A DNA stretch of 64,000 nucleotides from the human T2T-CHM13v2.0 reference genome, Homo sapiens, in the NCBI RefSeq assembly GCF_009914755.1, contig NC_060927.1. One strand, written 5' to 3'. The notes under the pieces were generated by a model. The model worked only from the letters and a program-made list of their open reading frames with translations, did no database searches and was not told where the DNA came from. Position numbers and translations under genes: made by a program. This document shows positions 52,041 to 64,000 of this stretch, piece by piece. Each line of letters starts with the position of its first letter. Positions within the stretch are counted from its first letter, which is position 1.

Positions 52041-55000
52041 TTACTTGGAACTCTAAAAGAAGCAGAACAGCCTTGAAGGGCTGTTTTGAAGATCAGATAA
52101 CACAAGGCTTCTGAGAGTGCCTTAGAAATTATAAAACATTATGTGAATAAAATGTATTATTAAGCCTTCCCTACCTGTCCATGAAGAAACTCTTCCATTG
52201 CCCCAGCCCAAATTATCCTCTTCATATTCTTACAGCGTTATGCATCACTCTAAAGATACGGCGTTTCTGACACATGATTTAACGCCTGATACAGCTCATT
52301 GCCAGGAGTTTCAAATGAAACTCGGAGGAATTTGAAGCAAGAGAAAAAAAGTCTCCTAGCTTGGAAATTGCCACTAGGCAAAGAATTTGCAGGTGTAAAC
52401 TTCAATCCCATGGAGTACACAGAGCATGCCATGTTTAAACAATACCCAGCTTCAGAGGGAGACTGTTAAGAATTTAAGCTACATATAGCTTCCCCGCGCC
52501 AAGCTTTGCTTAAAGAAAATGTCATATGCCTGTGTTTGGGGATGAGGAGGCAGAAATCTATGCAGAGGAGAGTTCAGCTTGGAGGCCCATTTTTGTTCAT
52601 TGTGTTCTGTGACTCGACAGTGCCTTGATGAAGGACAGAACTGATGAGGAAGGAGTACATCTTGCCCATGTATGGTATAAAAAGTTTGGGGTTTTTTTTT
52701 TTCATCTACTTACCTTTGTGGAAAATTTTCAAGCTTTACTATTTATAACATTTTCAGGCTTCAACCAAGATGTAGTATGTTGGCTTTGAAAGAGCTTGAT
52801 TTAAATTGTGGAGGGAAAGAAAGGGGATTTCAGAACTCTCAATCCATTATTCATGATGTTTAGAAAGATGTGTTTTTTTTAGAAGTGTGAAAATCATCCT
52901 AATAAAGACTAAATCAGACAGCGATTGGCACTGATTTCAGAAGGTGGAAACCCCTCCTTCCCTGACACCTTGTAGATACAGTGCAGAATAGTACTGTGCC
53001 TTTTTGTACACACACTCCATTTTTACAAGAAATGAAAAGGGCTTTTTTTTTGTTTCAGTAAAAATTTAAATCTCCAGTTTTCAAGAAAATGAAACAAAAT
53101 CCTGAACCTGGTAGAAATCATTGTACTTGGGGCTTTCAAAATGAATACTCTCCATTTTTCTTAAAGTATCAATAAAAGGATTTTGAATCCAGTCTGTGTT
53201 TCTCCTGTCCCCTCCCTAGAGAACCAGAATCCTGCCACATCTCCTACCATATGGGCTCTCTTTGTTTGACTCCTAAGAGGACCCCTCACACAAATGCGCA
53301 TGTCTACTGGGAAAAATGTGTATAGCACACAAAGATTTTGATGCTTGATTTGTAATGTTTAAACTGTAGCATTTTAATGTTTAATTTGAGTGCTTTGAAG
53401 AATGGGCAGTTGCAACACCGAACTTGTAATATGGACTCTGCCTTAACATCAGCAAATGATCTGTAATAAAGACAATGAGTATACTGGCTGTCTTAAACTC
53501 TCAAAGCTTACATTCCTCCCTTGAGGCAACTCAAAAATAAGAATGGGGCATTTTTCTCCACTTCAGAGCTGAAGGTTTCTTTTAGAGAGCTTTGTTTGAA
53601 GAAAGAGGTGGATTAAGTAGTACAGAATAAATCACAAATTAAGTGCAGCCCTGAAATACAGCTCATTTAGAGGATTAAAACACTACCTTTAAAAAAGTGT
53701 TTATAATAGAGGCTACTTATTTTCTTGAGAAAAGAATTAGAAATAGAGTATAGATCTGATACCTAAAGGGTTCCAAGGGTTTTGTCATCTGACTTAAGGC
53801 CAGGCTGTCCCAAGTACAGGAAAACACTGAACAGAATTATCTTAGAACATCACACAGGTGATCCTTTCGTTTGTTTGCTTGTTTTCGAGAATGGGCAGCC
53901 TCTACTGGTCTTAGTGGAAAAACTACCATTGGGGTTCTAAGATTCATAAAGAATTATTTGCCTCTCTGGTTTCTCCTCTATTTTGTTTCTTTGGCTTATT
54001 TAGTTGAGAATATTCAGCATGAAATACTTTATCAAGGAAGCGAAGAGAACACTTCTAGATCCCAACTGTGTGACTCTTTTTCCCCAGATCCCTGTTTTCA
54101 TACTCCTCAAATTAAAGATAAAATCAAACTCTGAGTTTTAATTTCATGATGTTGCCCAATATCCTGCATTTTCATCATATTTGAAGGTACAATACCTCAA
54201 CTTAGACCTTAACACTTTGTGCCTGTGTCCAAATTCACTGCTCCTTCTCCTTCTCCCTCTACCTCATATTTCACATCACTGACAGATTCATCATGTTAAA
54301 ATACCACTTTAATTTGGTTACTTCCTTTAAGGCATTTGGTAACCTTAAACTATCTATAATGCCAAATTCCTTAGCCTGGCATCTAAGGCCACCCTATGGG
54401 CCCGTTCTTCTCCTAAGATGTTGCATGGTGCTATTCTGTGCTCATCTTGAACATCATCCAAAATGTTTCTTCACTTCTTAACACACTTTCCCTTTTGTAT
54501 AGCCCCGATGTAGCCCCCACTTGGAACTTTCTCCCTCTTTCCCTCTACTTATCCAGTGCAATTTCATCTTTTTAAGACCCAGGACAAACACAAATACAGA
54601 AGTTTCATTGACCACCTGTGATGAAAATAATTCCTCTTTTTAAATAAACTTCTATTTCTTGAATTTATTTGTCCCATGTCTTCTGCCTATATTTCTATGT
54701 TTTCTCTCTCAAACTTAATTACAAAAAACTTAAAGTCTAAGACCATGTCTCATAGCTTTGTGTGTCTCCACTTACTGCCTACCTTGTCCTCTTACACATT
54801 ATGAGTACTCAGTAAATATCTGTCACCTGCTCTCAAAAGTAAGGTTATGTCCTTTCTAAAAACCATCAGGGCCGTATGGCTCCCATTTCTATGGGTATTA
54901 AATAAGCTTTTCTGTTGAGTCTCAGTGATTGTGTCAGGTTTTTCTTCTTTTACTTCCAGGATGTGGGTTGCTGGATTCAGAGTTTAAAAGGTCCAAGAGG

Positions 55001-55859
55001 GAGAGTGTAAAACATATTTGGAAGAAAAGATCATGCTAGATCTGGAAATGAAGAGAAAGGGGTCACACAGCTCCCCCCACCAGTGGCAGACTGAGGTCAG
55101 AGCAGTGGGAACAGCACACCCTGGATACAGGCAATAAGCAAGTACAGAGAGAATTTGAAAATATTGTAAACCAACTCGGAGGTGTTTTGCTTTTTTTTTC
55201 ACCAAACACTAGCATTTCCAAACAATGTTAGTGATAAAATACCCCTTCTTTTCCAAAATATTTTGTTGTAGTAGTTACTATTAAATTTTAATAATGTATG
55301 CAAGCTCCAAATAGCTCATTATTATTATTATTGCTGTTATTATTAGTTAGTAAACACTGTAGCCTATAAGAAAATTAATTCAGAGAAGTCCCAGTTATGT
55401 CCACTGACACAAGACTTCCGTTATCTACTCGACGGTAAGTGCATAACAGTTCCAGATTTTTGTCTTGCGTCAGGCATAGCTCATGTCTCCAGCCCCTCTT
55501 GGTGCCATGTATTCCTGTATCTAAACAGTAAATTGATGTGAAACGTGGAGAGCACAGAGATTGTAAAAATGAAGAAATGCACCTCAAGTTAAATTAATTC
55601 TGTCATTCTGTGTGTCCACACTTGTGGTGTTTATATTGGTATTTAATATTTGGATCCTGCAAAGTAGATCATTTTGTTTGGTGAGCGCACATTTTGTATA
55701 CATGAAATATATTTGTTCCATTCCATGATGATCACTGAAAATCATTTTGTCATATAGAGAATGGGTGTAGTTAAAAATGACTTACTCTGAGACTCATAAG
55801 TACTAGGAATTCCTTTGTATCCAATGTGCTTTTGTTTTAGTGAAGAACAATTTTCTGGG

Positions 55860-56233
55860 AGGTCATCAGAGATGGTTATATGCAAACATCACCTCATCAG
55901 AGAGGGTTTCTGTGACCACCTGTATAAAATATGTAATCACTCCCTTTTATTCTCTGCCTTATTCTCTATCATTTTTACCACAGTTTGTTTTTCTTCCCAT
56001 GCTTGTCACCACCTGAACTATTATAAATGAGCACACGTGGTGTGTACCTGTGTGTATCTGTGTGTATATTTACTTGTTTAGTATTTGTCTCCTCTGTTAC
56101 TCTCTAAGTTTCATGTGGTCAGAAAATTTACTTTATCAATGCTGTGTTCTAGACACCAATGAGACAATCTGGCATAAAGTCAATACTCAATAAATATCTG
56201 TTGAATGAATGAATGAATGAATGAATGAATGAA
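55860..56233 (+). mobile_element. L2 3' end with (GAAT)n tail
   Basis: ...tactcaataaatatctgttgaatgaatgaatgaatgaatgaatgaatgaa. Confidence 0.8.
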
Positions 56234-58914
56234 GTGTAGTAACATATTCTGAAGAGACATTTCATCTCTTCTCTCTGGGGCTCATTTGAAGTGGGTAAAA
56301 AGAAGCTGACCTTTCAATAGGTTACAGAAGTACCCTTTTGCCTTTTTCCTAGCCTTACAAATACAGTCCTCTTGAAGTAGATGGCAATTGCCTCAACTTT
56401 CCTACCTGTCAGTTCAGCCTGTAAGCCTAATTCAGAAGGTTACCTTATAATAAAAATGGACATATATTGAGAGTTTACTAGCGTTAGACCCTTTAATACA
56501 TATTATCTCAATGGATTCTCAAGAATAGCCACTTTACAGAGGAGAAATGACATCATATCTCATTGGAACTTGCCCAGGATCCTGGTGCTAGCAAACATCA
56601 AAAATTGGATTTGAACCCAGGTCTAACTGCAGAACCGGCTCTTAACTGTTACACTGTCTTGATGCTTTGCTGCCCCTACTATAATTTTATTGGGCAATGG
56701 TGGGAGTGCAGGTACAAAGTGGCTGAATCCACAGCACTTCCCATGAAATGGAAGAAAAGTCAGAGGGTTTTTCAACCAGCTAAGGTAATGTTTCGCTTTC
56801 TGAAAACCCTACAGAACACTGTATATATGTGGAATAACACCTGCATGATCAACTGGGGCTGCTCTGTCCCTGAGACTGGGAGGGAAGGACAGCTGGGGCC
56901 TGCGAAGCAGAGCCCAACCCTTTATGGGATCCTCTCCCGTTCTCACAGTCTCTGCTGACTTGGCACCTGTTCCTGCCAGCATATGCTGCCGGGAAGTGTT
57001 AGATGTCACTGCACAGCTGTGAAGTGGGGCGGAAGAAAGAAGCCAAAGGAATCTCATAGAAGAGCTGGGTAACTAAATGCAAGTCTGCAGAGGGGTAGTA
57101 GAACAGAGTCAGCTCAAATCCTGCAAGAATAAAGGAGAGTCCAGTGGGGGGAAAATGTGTAGGAATCCTTTAGTCTGCAGAGTCAACGGTACATAAAGAC
57201 AGTGAGACAGTTTCCTACGTCCATGTACTAAGTATGTCTCTGCAAAGGCACACACTATTTTCTATCTCATTCCTTGGATTACTCACTTCCAAAACCCCTT
57301 TATTTTTCTTTTTTTTAAAAAAAAATCACAGATGTTTTAGAGATTTCAAGTCAACTTTTTAAAAAGTACATAATTTTTTATTTAAAAGTATAAAATTCTA
57401 ACAGTTATAACAGCACTAATGAAAGTAAACAAAGCATCTCCCCAAATTTTATTATGCTAAAAAATATTTTTGTTTCATTCTGCATTCTTCCCTTTCTAGT
57501 TCTTGTCTATATCCATACCTATTTTTATTATGGCATAATCTCATATCTCTTACATGCTGAAATCTATTTCTGGAGATAACTGTCATTTCCACCAGTTCCA
57601 GGCATTGCTGGGTCAACAAGCAGGGGATGGAGATGACAGTGCCCCCTAGTAGATTCATACTTAAGGAGAAGGCCTCAAAACCTTAGGCTGAGCTTGTGGG
57701 ATCAAAAAAAAAAAAAAAGAAAAATGAGTCAGATATCAGGTAAGGTGCTAAAGATGAGGAAACAAAAATGACTAAAAGACTGGATGAAAAAATTCAAAAG
57801 ACTTAAGTGGGGAAAGAGGAAAATGAGGGAAAAAATATTAGTAGGAATTAATGAAAGGAAAATGACTTGCATCTCCTTGACATTCAGTTCAGCTGGTTTG
57901 TGTTAGTCAGAGCCTGTACCTGAACAGTTCCTCCAAGAAATCTAGAATTTCTGTCATTTTTTTTACAGACAGGAACAAAGACTTCAAAAAGCTGATTTGA
58001 AATATTCTCAAAGATGAGCTTGGATATACATGTGAGTTCAGATGATGTTGCAGAAATTGATCTGTCATTAATAATGGTTTAGGAGAAGCTGACATGTCAT
58101 TTCTCACTGACTTAAGCCTCTGGGAAGCTGAGAGAGATGAAGTATAAAACAAAACATGTAAACTGTCAAAAAGAAGAACTCACAGAAAAAAAAAAATAAG
58201 CTGACAATGTCCTTTAAAAAACAGTAAGATAACCTGAAGTCTAGCTGAGATTTTTGAGAACTCTTGATCATGCTGGATGTTTTAGGCCTAAGTCATTTCT
58301 CTGAGTACGGCTCAGGACCAGGTGTCAGATTTTCACCATGAATTATAATGTCCCCCATGTAAACTCACTGTGAACCGTTTGTTTCTGAGAGCAGACTGTA
58401 CCCATATGTGTGTCCTGAAGTAGTTAGCATGACCACACAAAGATACCTTATTGAAAACAATAGTTCACCTAATAAGTGACATTTAGTTTATAAAGAAGTG
58501 AATTAGACTATATGGATATTGGAGAAAAAGTTTATAATGCCCATACCTGGTGGCACCAGATGGCTATTTTTTTTTCCATGTCTAATTAACAGCCTAAAAT
58601 AGCCTGTGTGATACATTTCCTAGATGGGGAAACAGTCCAAAGCCTAGCTGAATTGCTGTGATGTTTTCCTGTTCCTGGTGATCTGTTTCTAATAACCTGC
58701 AAAATAATGGAATAGAATCATGATTTAAAATCTGTCAGAGAGTTGGGTGTCCTGGAACAAGACCAGGATGGACCTAAAAAATGCTGAAGTGGCTGTTTAA
58801 GTATTTCTTGAATGCTGTTCAAGTATTTCTTGCTATTCCATCTATACTAAGACAAGCAGACATAAGAAGCCGGCTGTCCAACAGTGGGGCTTAGAGAAGA
58901 TTGTGAGCATGTGT

Positions 58915-59075
58915 AGCAATGCTTCTCAAGTTTTGCTGCATGCTAGAATCTCTTAGAGAGCTCTGGAAAACATCCTAGGTCCAGATTGCACTATATATAA
59001 ATTAAACCAGAATTTCTAAGGCTGGAACTAAGGCACCAGTAGCTTTAAAATTTTCCCAGGTGGTTCTGATACACA
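58915..59075. mobile_element. MER5A
   Basis: caatgcttctcaagttttgctgcatgctagaatc...ttcccaggtggttctgatacacagcca. Confidence 0.7.
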
Positions 59076-60384
59076 GCCATAAAACAAGGCCTGGTATGAT
59101 AAATGCAAATGAGGATTACCTGTATGCTCTGGGAGTACTTCAGAGAAAAGAGAAATCAGAAAGACTTCTTTGATGGGGAGTAAGGAGGATGTTCTAGGCA
59201 GAGAGAACAGCATAAGCAAAAACAGAGATGAGAAAGTGTGTAGTGGGACAGTGCAAAGTTCTTTTTGACTATAGCCTGGAGGCATAAAGGAGCAGCAGGG
59301 GAGAATATCAGAACATCAGAATATTCTGTAGAAGTGCTTGGATACCAGGCTGATGCAATCTTATATGCCATTTCATAGGCAAAAATAATCACTGGAGAAA
59401 GAATATTTTGTTTGTTTGTTAATGAACATAGCACCAGTGAGTAAAAAGTGCCTGGAAAAAAGCAGAAATTATAAGCCTGTGTCATATTAGTGGGCTGTTG
59501 TTGCTTTAAAATGGCATTTCCTAACTTGAGTCATTGCCTTATCATCTTCATAATTTTTGAATATAATTGTCTAATATATTTTTAAATTACTTAGTTTTAC
59601 TTAAATATATTTATAAAGGATATCTACGTCTTCATTTATTTATCAATCTACTTATTTAGCTATCATCTGTCTATCTGTCTGTCTGTCCATGAACATTTAT
59701 ATTGCTCTCTCAATGGAAAACTAGTGCCACTTTTCATAAGTTGAAGTTTAACCTTAAAAATCAATACCATAAAAATAAAAATTGTTTCTTCTTAGATACT
59801 CTACTGCAGTGAATTAAACAGTGAAGAATTTCTTTATCTAGTAAAGAAATTAGTAGATATTACAAGAAAGAAATAAGCCTATAGTCATAGAGCAAACATT
59901 ATGACCCTATCATTAAAGCCAATGATGAACTAAAAAGGAAATCTATTTCTCTCTTACGCTCTGAAGCTCTGTTAAAGCCTGTGAGAGGCACCATAATGTC
60001 TATATCTTGAGTTACTTGCAGTTTGTTTATGTAGACTATTAGTAAAAGCCAAACTCGAGCCTTCCTACAATGGACATGACTAAGGCATTTTACTGATAAG
60101 CAGATCTTACTTGATAGGTTGGCCTAGGATTATTAGTAAAGCCTGGTAGTGCTGAAGACAAATATTCTTTTTTCCTTTTCACTAATTCATCTGTCCTGTT
60201 TTCATTAACAATACTTAGCTTTATCTTTTTAGTTATCTTTCATAGATGTGCCCTTTTTATAATACCAAGTGAAGCAGAGCTCATATCTCCAATTCATCAT
60301 TATTAACCACCCTATTACCTTCAGCTGCAATTCTAACTGTGTCATGGTGACAGAAATGCTCAGTAGTACATTATATTAATAATG

Positions 60385-60650
60385 TCTACTGGTTACTAAG
60401 TGTCTGTCATATGCCAGGTACTGGGCCAAGGTCTGTGCCAAGCATATCACACACATTGTGATATGGTTTAAAATTCTTCATGACCTTATTGCTATTTATT
60501 ATCACCTTTTTACAGACAAGGAAACCACGACTCAGAGACTAAAGGACTAGTCAAAATGGTCATACTAATAAATGATAGTGCCGGACTTCAGACTAAGGTT
60601 CATTTGACTGCAAAGCCTGACCTCATCTACTTCTCTATTCTGCCTCCAAC
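60385..60650 (-). mobile_element. MIR SINE
   Basis: tatgccaggtactggg...ttttacagacaaggaaaccacgactcagagac. Confidence 0.7.
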
Positions 60651-60764
60651 TGACTATGCCTGGTTGTTCAGCTTATTTTAGCTCAATGATTTATGAAAGC
60701 CCTGAAGAATCACTGCAAGGATGGATTTGATAGTCTCTGTAAGGCAGAACAAGAGGTATATTGG

Positions 60765-60808
60765 TGCTGCTGCTGCTGCCACTGCCACTGCCACTGCCAC
60801 TGCTGCTG
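60765..60808. repeat. (TGC)5(CACTGC)4TGCTG compound repeat
   Basis: Seen directly. Confidence 0.9.
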
Positions 60809-60839
60809 TCCCAAATGAGCTGACACGCAGGATGGTTGC

Positions 60840-61260
60840 ATATTGCAGCGAAGATCGTCTAATCACTATAACAAACTGATCCAAATACGTAATGACTCAC
60901 CACAACAAAAGTTTATTTCTTGATTACATGATTGTGCGGGCAGTTTGAGGGTGGTGGTAAAGTGGGAGGGGAAGGTAGGTTTGCTCCCTGTAGTCATTCA
61001 GGGAGCTAAGTTGACTCTAGCTCTATTATTGTGTATACATGGCTTCCAAGTTTGCCACTGTTATCTCTGTTACTGTTAGCCACAAGGCAACAAAGAGGAG
61101 CACGCATAGGATGATTTTATGGACCAAGCTTCAGAAAAGACATGAATTTTTTGCATTTCCATTCCACTGGCCAGAATTCTGTTACATGGCTACACCTAAT
61201 TGCAAGAGAGGCAGTGGAATGTTGTCAAGCCAGGTATCCAAGAAGAAATGAATTTTAGAG
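60840..61260 (-). mobile_element. Old MaLR LTR (MLT1J/L-like)
   Basis: acaacaaaagtttatttcttg...gtcattcaggga...cattccactggccagaa...catggctacacctaattgcaag. Confidence 0.65.
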
Positions 61261-62684
61261 AGACCCGTATTAGGGAAGGAGAGGAAAGCATTTAAGACTA
61301 GAAATCCACAGATTGGGATCTGAATCCTGACAACCATTGCTAGAGTCACTTGACAAGTTGCTCATCTGAAAATCAGAATCAATGGCTCCTGTTGCTTTCT
61401 ACTCCACAGGGTAATAGGGTAATTTAAAATCAAAATTAGAGTGAAATAAGATGTGTGGGTATGCTTTGTAAAGCAAGTTAAGACTTAGCATGGGACAATA
61501 GACAAAGACCTAGATTTTGGAATAGAATCCAAGTTCAGATTCTTTTTTCTGCCACTTTATAGCTATGCAAGCACAACTTGGCTCTCTGAGATGCAAAAAC
61601 TTTTTCTATTATTTAGGAGGAAAAACACTTGCCTCACCTTTTTTATAGGATCCAGAGTATACAACTCAGTAGCATATGATACAGTTTTTAAAAATGATTA
61701 AATATCAGAGGTATATAAAATATTTGTTTTTAATATAATCACAGCTTTCTGCTTAAGAGCCTATTGCTTAGAGAATGCTTTCCAAACCACAAACTCCCAG
61801 CTTTTCCCTGAATGAAATAAAAATAGTAAATTTTATCAAAGAACTGAAATAGATGCTCACTCTCAACACGCACCTTTAATGCCTATAAACTCTATGAGAG
61901 AACAGTCTGAATCACCTCCATGTTTGAAATTCTTAGCATTCCAGGTATACAGTGCATACCTGATTGATTGAATTATACTTATTGAATTATATTCAATTTC
62001 AAAATTTACTTTGGGTCAATGACAGAAGTGTCCAGTAGGCTGACACAAGAGTAGTGACTAAGTCTCCTGGGATGGAACATGGAACTCTTACAACTCCCAT
62101 GTCTCTCCTTGAGGGTAAAATTTATCCTTAGTGATCACATTCTAACTTTCTTATTTGCTAAGTCACTTCTCTGAGTTGATGGTATTAGTCATTTAAAAAG
62201 TCCATGCCTGCTTTCATGCTTTGAGTCGATCCAGAATTAGAGTGATTGATTATTTTCCTTTTCCTCTTTTTTTTTTCTTGTTGAAGTCTCTTGAAACTTC
62301 TTAATTCCAGCCAAGGCGCTCATTACTTTCGAGGTTGCTCTCTGAGCTGCATTTGACAGAGGGATGATTGTCTGGCTTGGCTTTTCATTCATTTCTGGGC
62401 TCACCCAACTATGAATCGACGGGCATAGCCTGTTCTTCTAAATGTGAAATGAGATGACTCACTCTTATTTTTCTGGGTTGTTGCAGGTGAGGCCGCATCT
62501 GCCTTTTCAAACTTTGATAAGTAAATACCAAGAGATATAAGAGAAAATCAGTGAGAGATTGGATACCTTTAGTGACAGAATAATTGCTGCATTATATCAT
62601 AGTACTGACTATCAAATTTAGATAATCTTGACTTTACTCAAGCCACTGAACACCAAGCAGAGTGTCATCATTTAAGTCAGCTTT

Positions 62685-62963
62685 CTTTCTTTCTTTTTTT
62701 GAGATGGAGTCTCGCTCTGTTGCCCAGGCTGGAGTTTCAGTGGCACCATCTTGGCTACTGCAAGCTCGGCCTCCCGGGTTCACGCCATTCTCCTGCCTCA
62801 GTCTCCCGAGTAGCCACCACGCCCAGCTAATTTTTTGTATTTTTTAGTAGAGACGGGGTTTCACCATGTTAGCCAGAATGGTCTCTATCTCCTGACCTTG
62901 TGATCTGCCCGCCTCGGCCTCCCAGAGTGCTGGGATTATAGGCGTGAGCCACCACGCCCGGCC
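62685..62963 (-). mobile_element. AluY-like element with an 11-bp TSD
   Basis: gcaagctcggcctcccgggttcacgccattctcc; TSD aagtcagcttt at 62674-62684 and 62964-62974. Confidence 0.95.
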
Positions 62964-63019
62964 AAGTCAGCTTTTCAATGAAGCATAATTTGCAAATAAA
63001 GTACCTGCAGAGAGATAGC

Positions 63020-63165
63020 CCAATGCTTCCCAAATTTTCATGTGTACAGTAATTACGTGGGAACTTCTTAAAATGTGTTTTGATGCAGTAGATCTAGGAT
63101 GGGGCCAGGGATTTGGCATTTCTAACAAGTTTTCCAGGGATGCTACTGGTATCACACATTGAAGA
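63020..63165. mobile_element. MER5A
   Basis: caatgcttcccaaattt...cagtagatctaggatggggccagggatttggcatttctaacaag. Confidence 0.7.
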
Positions 63166-63714
63166 GGAGGGGAAGTTGAAGAGACAGGTCCTGTTCTTAT
63201 CAAAGCCTCATTCTTTATACAAAACACTTTCAGATGATGTGCTCTCTTTGACAAAGAGTAATAACCAGGCTGCGCCTGTGAAAATTGATGAAAAAATTGC
63301 AATCAGGGGAAAGTGTGATCTGTTCTGTGTTTTTCAATCTACAGTATTTTTACAAAGTGCCACCTCTAGGTCATTGTGAGTTTGCATAATTTAGGCAGCT
63401 TCAAGTCTAAGATTGCATCTACACTGACAATAAACAAGGAAATAATAGATCATACTGCATTTGAGTGGTGACATGGACATGACTGCAACAAATTACCTGA
63501 AAAAAGGATTGTTAACTGTAAGAGGACAGCTGTATGCGGATCTGCAGACAATTAAGGATCTGGGGTGGTATCAGGTGCTAACTTCCTAATGATTTTGCAC
63601 AATGCATTGGGAGTTTCAGGAAATGCTGATGTGGATATTGGGAACTTAACTTTACAAATATATTCTTATGTTAAAAATGGGAGGTGGAAGTAAATATGTA
63701 TGTGTATATCGATT

Positions 63715-63905
63715 AATAACAGCCATATGTATGCTGCCAAACACTTTGCAAATACTAACTTATTTTATCTTCATAACAATCCTATGAAGTAGGTACTATT
63801 ATTGTCTTCACTGAATAAAGAAACTGAATCACAAAAAGGTTAAGTACGTTCCCTAAATCAGCAGAGCTCAGATTTTGAATCAGGGCAGCATTCTTACCAT
63901 GCTCA
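63715..63905 (-). mobile_element. MIR SINE
   Basis: atcttcataacaatcctatgaagtaggtactattatt...gaaactgaatcacaaaaaggttaagta. Confidence 0.8.
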
Positions 63906-64000
63906 CATATGAAACTCACACACTCAAATACTCATGTGATTTAAATTCAGATTCTTCCATTTGCATTTGTCCTTGAATAAGTCCTTTCATCTCTCCAACC

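Overview
Primate (very probably human) genomic DNA. It is AT-rich and repeat-dense (Alu, THE1/MLT1 MaLR, ERVL LTRs, L1, L2, MIR, hAT and Tigger fossils), with one CpG-island promoter at ~26.6-30.1 kb. The island holds a + strand first exon ending ...GGGACTGGCGCAAG|GTAAGG at 27837. I recognise this from memory as the non-coding exon 1 of LRRC3B (3p24); that identification is not database-checked. Everything 3' of it would be intron 1, and no real protein-coding exon is visible in the window. No clearly new biological system is evident. The best leads are: (1) a degenerate APOA4 coding fragment inside an ERVL LTR at ~45.85-46.0 kb; (2) a well-formed minus-strand intron just upstream of the promoter, implying a spliced divergent lncRNA; (3) a strong-Kozak uORF crossing the exon 1 junction, plus candidate alternative 5' exons and a 281-codon antisense ORF; (4) a recursive-splice-like CAG|GTGAGG site deep in the intron; (5) a truncated Alu bracketed by an oddly placed 14-bp repeat. 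Repeat subfamily names come from recalled consensus sequences, and boundaries of old repeats are approximate.
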